A DNA stretch of 64,000 nucleotides from Candidatus Saccharimonadales bacterium. GTDB lineage: Bacteria > Patescibacteriota > UBA1384 > 2-12-FULL-50-11. The position numbers were made by a program, and so were the translations under genes. The stretch lies in assembly GCA_035480235.1 (NCBI GenBank), contig DATIHX010000008.1, forward strand, positions 26,845-90,844, given 5' to 3'. The notes beneath the pieces were generated by a model. The model was not told where the DNA came from and did no database searches. It saw only the letters and a list, made by a program, of their open reading frames with translations. Shown in pieces: positions 63,879 through 64,000 of the stretch (positions are counted from its first letter, which is position 1; every line of letters begins with the position of its first letter).

Positions 63879-64000
63879 CTAGTTAGGGATACCGAGCGGT
63901 GGCGGTGAAGATCGATCGACAACGATGACTTCGGCATCAATTGCGGCGGCATAGGCCAACATGAACCCATAGCCATTGGCAATGTCGTCTTGGTTCTCGA
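63879..64000 (-). CDS. C-terminal fragment of a hypothetical protein (runs off the window)
   Basis: Open frame ENQDDIANGYGFMLAYAAAIDAEVIVVDRSSPPPLGIPN* followed by a terminator at 63854-63877. Confidence 0.5.
   Translation of the reverse strand, partial: ENQDDIANGYGFMLAYAAAIDAEVIVVDRSSPPPLGIPN

Noticed and set aside
1-64000. CRISPR array, rRNA, IS transposase, integron attC array
   Set aside because: No regularly spaced repeats, rRNA-like tracts, transposase motifs or conserved attC boxes were seen
1-64000. Alternative genetic code (TGA recoding as in Gracilibacteria/Absconditabacteria)
   Set aside because: Conserved genes such as gpmI, PGI/PMI and pyrD end at TGA and are full length under code 11

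Overview
This window is chromosomal DNA from a small-genome bacterium, inferred to be Patescibacteria/CPR from gene content and gene style (genetic code 11). The left end is the edge of an integrated element: a large serine recombinase whose stop codon lies inside tRNA-Ala(GGC). The rest is core genes: gpmI, eno, PGI/PMI, mreB, nusA, clpC, dinB, lexA, cca, rpsU, ybeY, ftsA, ftsZ, nrdJ with a B12 salvage module, pyrD, a UvrD-nuclease, an RluA synthase, manC, secD, secF, two tandem VirD4/TraD-like ATPases and tgt, plus three tRNAs. Four patterns are not explained by standard annotation. (1) About 14 stand-alone orphan cassettes (promoter, usually a 5' hairpin, strong SD, ORF, terminator) sit among largely leaderless core genes, and several encode divergent or degenerate enzyme folds. 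(2) At least six promoter-driven structured RNA candidates match no family I recognise. (3) A family of small CTCGC..GCTCG hairpin elements includes copies that duplicate the 5' ends of eno and a tRNA and copies that sit in-frame inside ybeY and the RluA gene. (4) A direct-repeat LexA box, GTTC-N7-GTTC, occurs at lexA, the dinB operon and upstream of nrdJ. All family calls come from motif recognition by eye; no searches were run.
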